A stretch of DNA of 64,000 nucleotides from Eledone cirrhosa. Taxonomy: Eukaryota. The notes under the pieces are model-generated. The model made no database searches, was not told the DNA's origin, and worked only from the letters and a program-made list of their open reading frames with translations. This document shows, in pieces, positions 1 through 12,570 of this stretch; position 1 is the first letter of the stretch, and each line of letters begins with the position of its first letter. The stretch is from NCBI GenBank assembly GCA_964016885.1, contig OZ024740.1, positions 379,378,001 through 379,442,000 on the forward strand. The letters run 5' to 3'. The position numbers were made by a program, and so were the translations under genes.

Positions 1-462
1 TTTACCTCAACTACAAATATTGAGAATATTTTTCGGCAGATGTTTGTGGTTATTTATAAATACATATACGTTTTAAGAAGGTAAGATATAATTTGAAGGA
101 ATTTGGCTGCTATTTCTAGTTGATCAAGAGACTTAAGAAAGGCTCATTTATTAGCTCGTGCTTTTGTTATTATTGTTGTTTCAATCGAACAAACTTATGA
201 TGAAAAGCATTCGAACTATTATCATCCCGTCTTTTATTCATAAGTAGTCTAACCTGAACTACAATATTCGTTACGCTCTCTTTAAGGCGGTAATATGTGA
301 TTTAGGCAAGATTGGCTGCATTTTCTAGCTGTTCAAATAGCCAGGAAGAGATACCCTTAACAATTCGTGAATGAAATTTATATCTCGTATGTTTTTATTC
401 TTCCTTTTACATTCGTATTCACGAGTAGATGAATACATACTTGTTTTCATTCTTTTATGTGG

Positions 463-499
<37 letters not shown>

Positions 500-685
500 A
501 TTTGAAATCTCTACAACAGAGGTCCGACGAGCTTTTGACTCCAAAGTCGGGCGAGATTGATACAGATCGAACCTTGAGCTTATCAATAGCGAAACGCGCG
601 TCACCAGCCAATAAATGTAATGAAGGCGTAACCATTCATTCTTATAATATATATATATATATGTGTGTGTGTGTGCGTATGTATG

Positions 686-718
<33 letters not shown>

Positions 719-725
719 ATGTATG

Positions 726-811
<86 letters not shown>

Positions 812-864
812 TATGTATATATATATATAATGAAGGCGTAACCATTCATCCTTGTATTATATAT

Positions 865-958
<94 letters not shown>

Positions 959-1116
959 GAATTTATATCTAGTAACATTTATATACACACAGATGCATAT
1001 CAATGCTAGCAAATATATAGGTTTTGTCTTATTAACAATGTGGTTCAATGCATGGGGTTGCAGAACAATAATATGAGAGACGTAAAATAAGAAAATTATA
1101 ATTTTCTTATTTTACG

Positions 1117-1208
<92 letters not shown>

Positions 1209-1289
1209 ATGATACAAGGATGAATGGTTACGCCTTCATTACGTTTATTGGTTGGTGACGCGCGTTTAGCTATTGATAAACTATAAATA

Positions 1290-1450
1290 TAGAAGAGGAA
1301 GACCAAGGTTAACGTATGTTGATGCCCTAAGGACAGATACTGGTCTGTTGGAGACGCAGGACATGGCAGCGATAATGAGGGACAGAGACCGCTGGAGAGA
1401 ACTCGTCCATGGATCTCGGGAATTTTACCCGCCTTAGATAGATAGATAGA
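1290..1450 (+). mobile_element. 5'-truncated copy of the same RTE LINE
   Basis: Encodes RRGRPRLTYVDALRTDTGLLETQDMAAIMRDRDRWRELVHGSREFYPP*, near-identical to the 42169 ORF end; followed by (TAGA)n. Confidence 0.93.
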
Positions 1451-1575
1451 TATATATATATAGAGAGAAAAGATGAAGTTGTTAGAAATAGCACGGGAGA
1501 TATATTTAAGGGTCTGTTTTTCTTTTTGGATTCGTCAAAGTGACATTATTGAAAATATAGTGTTATTAAAAAGAC

Positions 1576-1952
1576 AATTGTTTCTACTTTTATGGCACAA
1601 GGCCAGCAAATACCCAGAGCATTACTGGTACTTTATTTTATCGACCCCATAAGGATGAAAGGCAAAGTTAACCTCGGCGGGATTTGAACTCAGAATGGTA
1701 AGGGCCGTAACTCTATGCGTCAAAGCATGGCGTCCGACCCTCTACCGATACTGCCAATCCACCGTGTTATTAAAAAGATAATTGTTTCTACTTTAGGCAC
1801 AAGGCCAGCATTACTGGTACTTTATTTTATCGACCCCGTAAGGATGAAAGGCAAAGTTAACCTCGGCGGGATTTGAACTCAGACCGTAAAGGGACGCAAC
1901 CATGCTGGAAAGCATGGCGTCCGACTCTCTACTGATACTGCCAATCCACCGC
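1576..1952 (-). mobile_element. Two tandem SINE A copies
   Basis: 1576-1764 and 1780-1952, separated by a repeated tgttattaaaaaga(c/t)aatt target. Confidence 0.85.
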
Positions 1953-3062
1953 AGATAATGTTATTAAAAAAGAAAGGGACAATTCTTTAAAAAAAATTTT
2001 TTTGATGAAGTATATAAAGTCTATCAGATAATTATCGGTTTCGATGTATTAAGATCCAACTTGTCAAATTCAGTGAAAAAAGTTAATTAAAAAGAGTTGG
2101 TAGGAGTAAAGAAAGGTTTAAAATTTCTTCCATCATGCTTCCTGAAAAGTTGGCTGGGGATGAGAACAAGTTGTTTTGTTGATGTGAAAAATATGCTGTG
2201 ACTGTATGCATAAATATGTGTGTGTGTATATATATGTGTGGGGTTGTTGTGTGTGTGTGTTTTTACAGTTTGTCTGTTAAAGTTACTTTTGTAGAGGGGA
2301 ATTAAGAAAAAATTATTTTCTCTCCAAAATTCATAAAATTGGCAAAAGTTAAGCGCTGAAATCCAAAGGATTCCCAGAATCCAAAAATTTAAAAAATAAA
2401 GAAGTTAAGAGAGTAAAGAAAACTCTTCCAAAAAAACTTCAAAAAGATCTTTTGAAAATTTCTTTTGAAGAATGATTTTTTGGAGCGAATGATTTTTTAA
2501 AAGTTTCTTTTGAAAAGTATTTTTTGAAGTTTTTGGAAGAGTATTCTTAACTCACTTAACTTCTTTAATTTTGAAATTTTGGGATTCCGGGAATCCTTTG
2601 GATTTCAGCTCTTAACTTTTGCCAATTTTCTGAATTTTGGAGAGAAAAGAATTTTTTCTTAGTTGCTCTCTACAAAAGTAACTTTAACAGACAAGCTGTA
2701 AAAACACACACACACATATATACACACACACATATTTATGCATACATATACGCACACACTCACATCTGTGTACTGTTGTATATACACACTCACACTCTCT
2801 CTATACATGTGTGTGTGTGTGTATGTGTGTGTGGAGGAAGGGGTATGTACACATACCAACCTATGACAGTATTCTGCTCTTACAACCCCCCATCCCCTTT
2901 TGAACCATTGATAACTAGATTAAACAATATAGTCACAGCATATTTTTCACATCAACAAAACAACTTGTTCTCATCCGCAGCCAACTTTTCAGGAAGCATG
3001 ATGGAAGAAATTTTAAACCTTTCTTTACTCCTACCAACTCTTTTTAATTAACTTTATTCACT

Positions 3063-3105
3063 GAATTCGACAAGATGGATTTTAATACATCGAAACCGGT
3101 AATTT
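3063..3105 (+). ncRNA. U3-A8 variant hammerhead-like fold
   Basis: gaat-TCGACAA-gatg...catc-GAAA-ccgg-TA-attt; mirror copy at 2030-2070 (-) reads TTGACAA. Confidence 0.45.
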
Positions 3106-3162
3106 TCTCATCGACTTTATATACTTCATAAAAAATTTTATTTTAAAGAATTGTCTCTCTCT

Positions 3163-3665
3163 TTGGCAGTATCGGTAGAGGGTCGGACGCCATGCTTTCC
3201 AGCATAGTTACGTCCCTTTACGATCTGAGTTCAAATCCCGCCGAGGTTGACTTTGCCTTTCATCCTTACGGAGTCGATAAAATAAAGTACCAGTAATGCA
3301 CTGGGTATTTGCTGGCCTTGTGCCTAAAGTAGAAACAATTATCTTTTTAATAACCAAAGGGGGGATTGGCAGTATCGGTAGAGAGTCGGACGCCATGCTT
3401 TGACGCATAGTTACGGCCCTTGTCATTCTGAGTTCAAATCCCGCCGAGGTTAACTTTGCCTTTCATCCTTACGGGGTCGATAAAATAAAGTACCAGTAAT
3501 GCACTGGGTAATTGCTGGCCTTGTGCCAAAAGTAGAAACAATTATCTTTTTAATAACCTCCCGCCGAGGTTACCTTTGCCTTTCATCCTTACGGGGTCGA
3601 TAAAATAAAGTACCAGTTATGTACTGGGTAATTGCTGGCCTTGTGCCAGAAAGTAGAAACAATTA
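3163..3665 (+). mobile_element. Three tandem SINE A copies (last one 5'-truncated)
   Basis: 3163-3341, 3359-3545 and 3559-3665, each followed by atctttttaataac. Confidence 0.85.
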
Positions 3666-3813
3666 TCTTTTTAATAACACTATAATTTGAATAATGTCAC
3701 TTTGACGAATCAAAAAAGAAAAACAAACCCTTAAACATATCTCCCGTGCTATTTCCAACTTCCTCTTTTCTCTATATCCACTGTTTTGTATAGAACCTCT
3801 CTTCCCTTTTCTA

Positions 3814-3844
<31 letters not shown>

Positions 3845-4322
3845 AGAGAGAGTGTGTGTGTTCACGCACGCATGTGTGTGGGTGAGTGTGCGTGTGCACG
3901 CATGCGTGTGTGTGTGTGTGAGTGTATATAGTTAGAGAAATATTGATACTTATTTTTGTCTCATGTGTGCAAGTGTGTCTACAAATACACACATACAAGC
4001 CCACACAGCATATGTATATAAATATATATAAACACGCAACAACACACATGTACATATATTTATACAGAGAGATAAACAGGTAGAATGTTTAGGTGTGACG
4101 CATTGTTGAAATTTTATATTCGTGTTTGTATTATGCAACAGTTTATTAGGTAAGATTGTGTGTGGTTAGTTTTAGAAGGTGGGGTGGTGGAATATATCTA
4201 GCGGAATGTGAGGTTTACAAACACACACACACAAGTAATCAAAAACATACATATCTTCATCGTTGATATCATCATCTTCATTTAACATGTATTTTCCCTG
4301 CTCGTAAGGATTGGACATACAT

Positions 4323-4516
4323 CAGACCTGTCAACTCTTCCCGTCCGACAGGCAGATCTCCCACCAACTTTGGGGTGGGTGAGAGATGTCTTCTCTCGTG
4401 AAAATGGATATAGCTTTAATTATATAAAATCTCCCCATTTTGCCTCATTTCTCCCGGTTTTGGGGCACGTTTTTCATGGTACTCCCCGTTTGGGTTTTTA
4501 GAGATTGCCAGGTCTG
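4323..4516. mobile_element. Second copy of the same MITE
   Basis: Collinear with 39513-39708; TSD not preserved. Partial inverted copy at ~31705-31825. Confidence 0.8.
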
Positions 4517-4551
4517 CTAGAGGTTGGCATGTCTGCATACATGCGCGCACA

Positions 4552-4661
<110 letters not shown>

Positions 4662-4875
4662 AAAAGAGTCAGGATCCCAACGGCTGAGCTCCGGCCGTTT
4701 CAATAGCTAGATCCGAACTCATGGAACTGAGTTGGGATGTAGCTGTTGAAACGGCCGGAGCTCAGCCGTCGGGGTCCTAATTCTTTTCCTATTACCCACT
4801 CTACTACCCTAAGTATCGAGTACTCTTCTGGTGCGTTTTGGTCCACCTGGTTCCTTACCACACTTTCTATGTTAT

Positions 4876-4936
<61 letters not shown>

Positions 4937-5930
4937 TATATATATAGATATAGATATATATATATAAAAGACTCTCTTCAGTCACGATTGTTATTCTTCG
5001 AGACACAAGCCCGAGCAAAGTGTTTTGTGAATGACCAGCAGTTGCCCATGCGTACCTGTTAATAATGTTTTTCAAGAGAAAAGCAAAGGCTGATACAGCT
5101 TTGCACCGCTGACGCCGCAACGCATTTCTACAGCTGATTAAACTGAAACAACGTGAAATATAGTGTCTTGCTGAAGGACACAGCTCACCGCCTAGTCCGA
5201 GAATCGAACTCACAACATCACGATTGAGAATCTATCGTTCTAACCAATAAGTCTTTGCATATTTATTTGTTTATTTATTTACGTATTTATTTATATAATT
5301 TTTACAATTAACTATTCTGAAAGCATGAAGATTCCATGTATTGTCTCAGAATGAGAGCTATATATATATATATATATAGTAATAATAATAAAATTGAAGA
5401 CTAAAATCCAAAGAGGGCTCGATAAGAAAAATATATATCAAATATATAAGAACCGTATATATATATTTATTCCTTGTCGACTGTTATTTTCGTTGTTTAA
5501 CCGTCGGTCAACTGCGACAATTCGTTTTGTTTTTATATTAAGGGCTACATTATGTAATGGCACCTTCCTTTCTTATAGCAGTAGGGTGTGCTTTGGGGAA
5601 GAAATAACTGTTATTTCTACCAGATCGGATGATCATATAGTGGCCCCTATCAAGCCTAAGACCTGTTTCGTCATCCATTAAAAGTTGGTTTGTGGTTTAG
5701 TTTCACTATTTTCGTAATAATGTTTTTAGTGCCATCTTCTATATACGAGATGACGATAAGAGGGCGAATCAACAAATTCGGGTAGAATGACGTGCGGTAT
5801 CCGTTCAGCTTTCTGCACCGTGAATTCAAATCCTGCTGAAGTCATCTTTTCGGGATCAATAAATATATTACCAACCCAGTATTAAGGTTGATTCTCTTTC
5901 TCTCTCTTTCGCTATCTCTCTCTGTCTCCC

Positions 5931-6009
<79 letters not shown>

Positions 6010-7722
6010 CGCTCTTTCTCTCTCTCTCTCACACTCACACATACAATCACTCACTCACTCACTCTGTCTCTCTTTGTATTGGAGATGTATTTCTTGCCCA
6101 GCCTTTTTACATACTGTCACACTGATTCGGTCTGAGAATTGCTTCAAGGGTAAATACGTCTGTGGAAATACTCAACCAATTACACGTTATTTTACCAATT
6201 AGAAATTCAATAAGATGGACCACTGAATTCTCATCGTCGAAAGCGACGGACAATATCCCACAGCTATATCACAACATTCTTTTCCTAATAGTCTGATAGC
6301 AGAAACAAAAGATATATTCTAATATTGTAAATTCTACTAATTAGAGAAACCGCGAAAGTGTTTGGACATTCCAGAAATTCAATATCCTATGAAATAGTTT
6401 GTTTTTGGAAGATTTATAAGTGAGCCAAACATTGTGAATACATTAATGAATGCTATTAAAAGAAAATCAATCAATCTTGTTCAGTCTTTTCTTTTGTTGA
6501 AAAATAATTTGATGTTCAACCAGAAAAAAACAACACACATATAAATTATTCAGATATAAATATAAATTCTTATACATATGGAATTAATGTATACATAAAT
6601 ATCTATTAGCAATGCTATACTTTAGTATTGTCAAATCCTGCATTACAAATCGTAGAAACACTTCGATTTGTTGAATAACGGGTGACAAATCATAATCTAA
6701 CGAAGCCATCTGAAAATGACTGTCAATTGCTTCCATTATGAACTTAGTTTATGCACGAAATAAAAATTAATACAACATAATTGAAAGAATAAATTATACG
6801 CTTTCAATAGAAATCTCTATTGTTGTGTATATCGATTTTAACCTGCTTTATGTGTCTATTGTATTTTCATTAAATGCTTTTATTGTATTCAAAATCTGTT
6901 ATTACTCTCTATATTAGATTAGTTTCTTAGCCTTGCCTTGATCCTTAAACTCCTGATAAAATTAGAGGGGTTCTATAGACATAACTAAGATCATCCATAT
7001 CCAGGTACGACCCCAAACGATTTCTTCAGAAAACAAAGAAAAAAGGTACTCTGAAGGCAAAGTTGACTTAAATTGAGAGCACAGTGAAGGCATTCTATTT
7101 CTAATGACTTTGCCAATTCACCTCTTATTAATTTAGGTTATGCTTGTATAAATATAAAATAAAGTGTGTTGAAACTGTTAACTTTAAGTTACCTTAATAT
7201 ACAGATTTCGTAATTCACCCAACTGTTCTGAAAATAGTTTATCTATTTACATTTCTGGACGTTTGATGCAGTGTCAAAAACGGAAAGGAGTGCTCATCCT
7301 CACTTTCGTGTAATGATATCACCGTCGCACGGTATACAACAGGAGTGAGTTCGAGTCCCACAGGAACTTATATGTCCAACTTAGACTATTTTTCATACTA
7401 TAAAACGTGCATCAAATCTGTTGGTTCTTAGTTAACATAGTATTCAATGTTTAGAAGAAATACTGTGTACCGTCGGTAAATTCTGTAAATGAAATTGGAG
7501 AGGAAATAAAACGATACAAATGTACAAGCAAACAATATCCGATCTTTAGCCATCCGTTCTAAGTATCGAAGGATATTACAGCTTTTGATATATTATGATG
7601 GTAACTATGTTCAAAATATAACAGCAACTGTTCGGAAACAGATGGAACGTTAACGTAGAAGAATAGGTTAGTCACTGCCAAGAGACGAATAACAAGTGCA
7701 ATATATGAATGTATATTTATGA

Positions 7723-7767
<45 letters not shown>

Positions 7768-7891
7768 TGTATGTATAGTATATTTGGCAATATACCGTAT
7801 GTTTAATTTAAAACATGTTGAAGATCATACGCTATCGGTTTTAAAGCAGTGACTATGTCACTTACTTCTTTTCGGTGTAAGAAGGGAGAGA

Positions 7892-7933
7892 AGCTAACAG
7901 TCTGTTTCACGCTATTTGGCGATCATCAGAGCC
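7892..7933 (-). ncRNA. Type I hammerhead fold
   Basis: ggct-CTGATGA-t cgc caaata gcg t-GAAA-ca gac t-GTT-agct. Confidence 0.65.
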
Positions 7934-8225
7934 ACGCACCCCCTGCTTCTGCCTAAAATTATAGAAGTTGGATTCTTATAGAATCCCAGTAATAATCAGG
8001 AGTTGATTATACAGAGCGATTGCCGGTCCAGCAAAATTTAGGTTTTAGTATTGGTGCTCTGAAATAGCAATGTATACATGAATGTATATATAGTATATTT
8101 GGCAATATACCGTATGTTTAATTTAAAACATGTTGAAGACCATACGCTATCGGTTTTAAAGCAGTGACTATGTCAATTACTTCTTTTCGGCGAAAGAAGG
8201 GAGAGAAGCTAACAGTCTGTTCACG

Positions 8226-8272
<47 letters not shown>

Positions 8273-8282
8273 TATATATAAA

Positions 8283-8521
8283 GGCTCATAAGGCCGGTGC
8301 TTATCGGGATTCATGACGTAAAGCGACTGAGAGTACAAGACTCTCCCCACCTGGACAGGACGCCAGTCCAACGCAGGGTTCAACCCTCAGCTATCGTTGG
8401 TACTTATTTTCAGCTGAGTATACTGGAGCAACGTGAAATGAAGTGTTTTTCTCAAGAACACAACACGTAACCCATATGATAGTATGACCGCCAACCTTAC
8501 CACTAGGCCACGTACCTCCAC
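8283..8521 (-). mobile_element. tRNA-derived SINE family B
   Basis: Head gtggcctagtggtaagg; body cttgagaaaaacacttcatttcacgttgctccag; accctgcgttggactggcgtcctgtccagg resembles the V-SINE domain (inference). Confidence 0.72.
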
Positions 8522-8564
8522 TATACATATATATATGTATGTATATATATATATATTTATACAT

Positions 8565-8603
<39 letters not shown>

Positions 8604-8663
8604 AAAGAAATGAATACAAAGGAGTATATACCGTTAAAACATGTTTATATAATGTTTATATAT

Positions 8664-8718
<55 letters not shown>

Positions 8719-8723
<5 letters not shown>

Positions 8724-10418
8724 AGAAATGAAAAGATGGTTAAAAAAGTTCCATATATTTTATGCGCATTTCAAAAACAAATATCATCCTGGGACGATAG
8801 TTGCGTTCTCATCAGATAAAATAAGGTAACATGATAAGATGCCTAAAAAAAAACACTTGTGAACAAGTGTCCAGCCAACATATGATAAACAAATATAAAA
8901 GGAGAGAGAAGATTGGAAAAAAGAAGGAAGAGGGAAGAGGGAAAAGAAGGAGAAAATAACGGAGGAAAAATTTAAGAAGGAAGGAGGAGAGAGAGAGAGA
9001 GAGAGAGACAGAGAGAGACTTTTAATCGGGAAACGCTGTCAAAACTGAAAAACAGCTGTGAATAACGGCTAAAAAATATATATATACGGCTACGAAATAA
9101 ATAAATATATAAATTGATGAGGTTAATGTGCTTAAATTACAGATATAGAAACTAGGTATATTCCTTTATCTACTTGGTGATACAAAATAATATTTAAATA
9201 GTTCATATTTAATGTTTCTTTATATTCTTTTTCTCAGTATTTTTAAGCCGCTCATTTTTCCTCCTTTATCACATTAATTTTTTCAGTATAAACCTTCGTA
9301 GATTTTGTAAACAAATTATGACGTCATATGTTTTTTCTTCGATTTTTCTTCGTTTTTTCTTCGCTTTTTCTACGCTTTTTTCTACGCTTAAATAATTATA
9401 ACATTTTCCTTTATTTACTTGTGGATTAAAATAATATTTAAATATTTAAATAGTTTTCCCACATATATAATTTTTTTATATATAATCTACAATTTTTTAT
9501 ATATAATCTATAATTTTTAATAGTAAAGTTTTAATTTTTGACATGGTTTGACTACTCTTATTTTTTTTTTTTTTCTACGCATTTTTTTTTTTCACATAAA
9601 TATCTCTTCACACATTTTTCTCACATTTTTCAACAAACTATGACATTATATTGTCTTCTACGCTTATAAATCATTTCATTTTATTTTACTTTATTTTATT
9701 TTAATAATACATTTTCACCCCTCTTAATCAATTTTTTTTTAGTATATAAACCCTAAATAAATAATTGTTTCTACATTAGGCACAAGGCCAGCAATTACCC
9801 AGTGCATTACTGGTACTTTATTTTATCGACCCCGTAAGGATGAAAGGCAAAGTCAACCTCGGCGGGATTTGAACTCAGATCGAAAAGGGACGTAACTATG
9901 CTGGAAAGCATGGCGTCCGACCCTCTACCGATACTGCCAATCCACCGCCTAAATAAATAATATACCTAGTTTCTATATCTGTAATTTAAGCACATTAACC
10001 TCATCAATTTATTTATTTATTTATTTCGTAGCCGTATATATATATTTTTTAGCCGTTATTCACAGCTGTTTTTCAGTTTTGACAGCGTTTCCCGATTAAA
10101 AGTCTCTCTCTCTCTCTCGCTCTCTCTCTCCTTTCTCTTTCTCTCTCCTCCTTCCTTCTTAAATTTTTCCTCCGTTATTTTCTCCTTTTTCCTTTTCCCT
10201 CTTCCTTCTTTTTTCCAATCTTCTCTCTCCTTTTATATTTGTTTATCATATGTTGACTGGACATTTTGTTGTTCACAAGTGTTTTTTTTTAGGCATCATA
10301 TCATGATACTTTATTTTATCTGATGAGAACGCAACTATCGTCCCAGAATGATATTTGTTTTTGAAATGCGCATAATAAAATATATGGAACTTTTTTAACC
10401 ATCTTTTAATTTCTTCTT
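8719..10418. repeat. Inverted repeat pair (~450 bp arms)
   Basis: 8719-9161 is the reverse complement of 9960-10418 with small indels. Confidence 0.9.
9763..9950 (-). mobile_element. tRNA-derived SINE family A, full copy with TSD
   Basis: A box tggcagtatcggt, B box gagttcaaatcc, body gcctttcatccttacggggtcgataaaataaagtaccag; TSD cctaaataaataat. Confidence 0.88.
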
Positions 10419-10554
10419 ATATATACTCCAGTTCTATCAATTGTTGAGTACTACTTATCTGATATATGCATAGTTTTATTATTCTACAATAAAACTCACC
10501 TCCTACACACACACACAACACACACACATATATATATATATATATATTTATTGT

Positions 10555-10612
10555 ATAGAAGGAGCTAGAACTGTTTCATTCAGATGAAATCTTCAGGAAG
10601 CTGGGTGTCATA
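10555..10612 (-). ncRNA. Degenerate hammerhead of the same family
   Basis: cttc-CTGAAGA-tttcatctgaat-GAAA-cagttctag; stem III and the cleavage site have decayed. Confidence 0.45.
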
Positions 10613-11187
10613 TTAAGTTCTGGTATTTATACATTTAGGTAGTGGTGGCTGGGGGGGGGGGGGATTTTTTGGGTAGGTTGGTATTTAGATACACAGGACC
10701 ATAACATGGCACAGACCGTTTTCTCTTTGGGGAGTGGTCAATTAGCCGGAGTGCTTTTGTAAAATAAAAATAAAAAGAAAAAGAAAAAGAAAAAGAAAAA
10801 GTAAATAAATAAATAAATATATAAATAAATAAATGAATAAATAAATAAATAAATAAATAAAAACCCCAAGAATAGTAATTCAACAGATATATAGTAGGGA
10901 AATTTTTTTAGGTGGGTTGGTATTAGAAGATAAACAAGACCGAATCATGGCACAGACCATTGTTCTATGGTGAGTGGTCAAGTTAACATACAAGCTACAG
11001 GTGGCCAGAGTGTTTTTGTAGAATGAAAAGAATAAAATATATTTACATACTCACAACCACATACATAAACACTTACACACACATATATATGTATATCTAT
11101 ACATATATATATATATACACACACAAAAAAAGCACATACACACACATATACACACACACGCATACACATACACACACATATATACAT

Positions 11188-11241
<54 letters not shown>

Positions 11242-11431
11242 ATATATATATATATATATACATGTATGTATATCTCTCGGTATAAACTATTCTATACATA
11301 CATATACATACATATATACATACACATACACATACATACACACAAACACATACATACACACATACACACACACACATATATAAACAATTTTTCAACTGTG
11401 AACAATTTGTCAGCATTTTCTATTCCGTTTA

Positions 11432-11490
<59 letters not shown>

Positions 11491-11495
<5 letters not shown>

Positions 11496-12094
11496 TAAAC
11501 GGAATAGAAAATACTGACAAATTGTTCACAGTTGAAAAATTGTTTAATTAGGAATAAAAGAGTATTAGTGATTGTATGGGTTAGTATTCAGTTGTGGTTT
11601 TAAGTTTTTAAGTTTTTACCGGTTGCGCATTTCTAAATGCTTTTCAAAAATAATGTTGAGATAGAGTGTCCGTGCTGTTTGCTCTGATCTATATATATAT
11701 ATTGGTAAACGGAATAGAAAATACTGACAAATTGTTCACAGTTGAAAAATTGTTTAATTAGGAATAAAAGAGTATTAGTGATTGTATGGGTTAGTATTCA
11801 GTTGTGGTTTTAAGTTTTTAAGTTTTTACCGGTTGCGCATTTCTAAATGCTTTTCAAAAATAATTTTGAGATAGAGTGTCCGTGCTGTTTGCTCTGATCA
11901 GAGCAAACAGCACGGACACTCTATCTCAAAATTATTTTTGAAAAGCATTTAGAAATGCGCAACCGGTAAAAACTTAAAAACTTAAAACCACAACTGAATA
12001 CTAACCCATACAATCACTAATACTCTTTTATTCCCAATTAAACCATTTTTCAACTGTGAACAATTTGTCAGCATTTTCTATTCCGTTTACCAAT
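11491..12094. repeat. Near-perfect 394 bp palindrome plus a direct copy of one arm
   Basis: 11701-11897 mirrors 11898-12094 with no spacer (centre TGATCA); 11491-11689 duplicates the left arm. Confidence 0.93.
11935..11971 (+). ncRNA. U3-A8 variant hammerhead-like fold (GCAA for GAAA)
   Basis: ttt-TTGAAAA-gcat ttagaa atgc-GCAA-ccgg-TA-aaa; minus-strand mirror copies near 11824-11860 and 11614-11650. Confidence 0.5.
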
Positions 12095-12123
12095 ATATAA
12101 TAACTTGTGTGTTACACCTCTAT

Positions 12124-12224
<101 letters not shown>

Positions 12225-12570
12225 TATACACATACACACATACAAATACATACACATATACACATAAACACATACACGCACTCGTTCACACACATATATT
12301 TATCTATATATATTGGGAAAAAGTAGTGGGACAAATTATAAACTGAGCCTGATAAAAGATTAAAATATTTATTATTACTACTAAATTATTAATATTATCA
12401 TCAAGTAAATAATTATTATTTATTATTTACCATTCACTATTTATTACCTATCTTTTATCTTTTATCTATTCATTATTTAATCATTCACTTATTAAATAAT
12501 AAATAAATGAATTAACTAACAAACAAACAAACAAACAAACAGATAAACAAATAAACAAATAAATAAATCT

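Larger units (their letters stand above)
1460..3776. repeat. ~2.3 kb imperfect palindrome with SINE arrays in both arms
   Basis: 1460-1575 mirrors 3663-3776; 1960-2210 mirrors 2930-3160; 2240-2450 mirrors 2520-2720; apex near 2485. Confidence 0.85.

Noticed and set aside
1576-3665. tRNA genes or a CRISPR-like repeat-spacer array
   Set aside because: A/B boxes belong to SINE heads with no cloverleaf; the repeats are ~185 bp SINE copies in eukaryotic DNA.
10315-10350. CTGATGA-gaac-GCAA-ctatc-GTC as a hammerhead (mirror at ~8790-8820; similar ctgatga at 50594)
   Set aside because: No usable stem II or stem I pairing.
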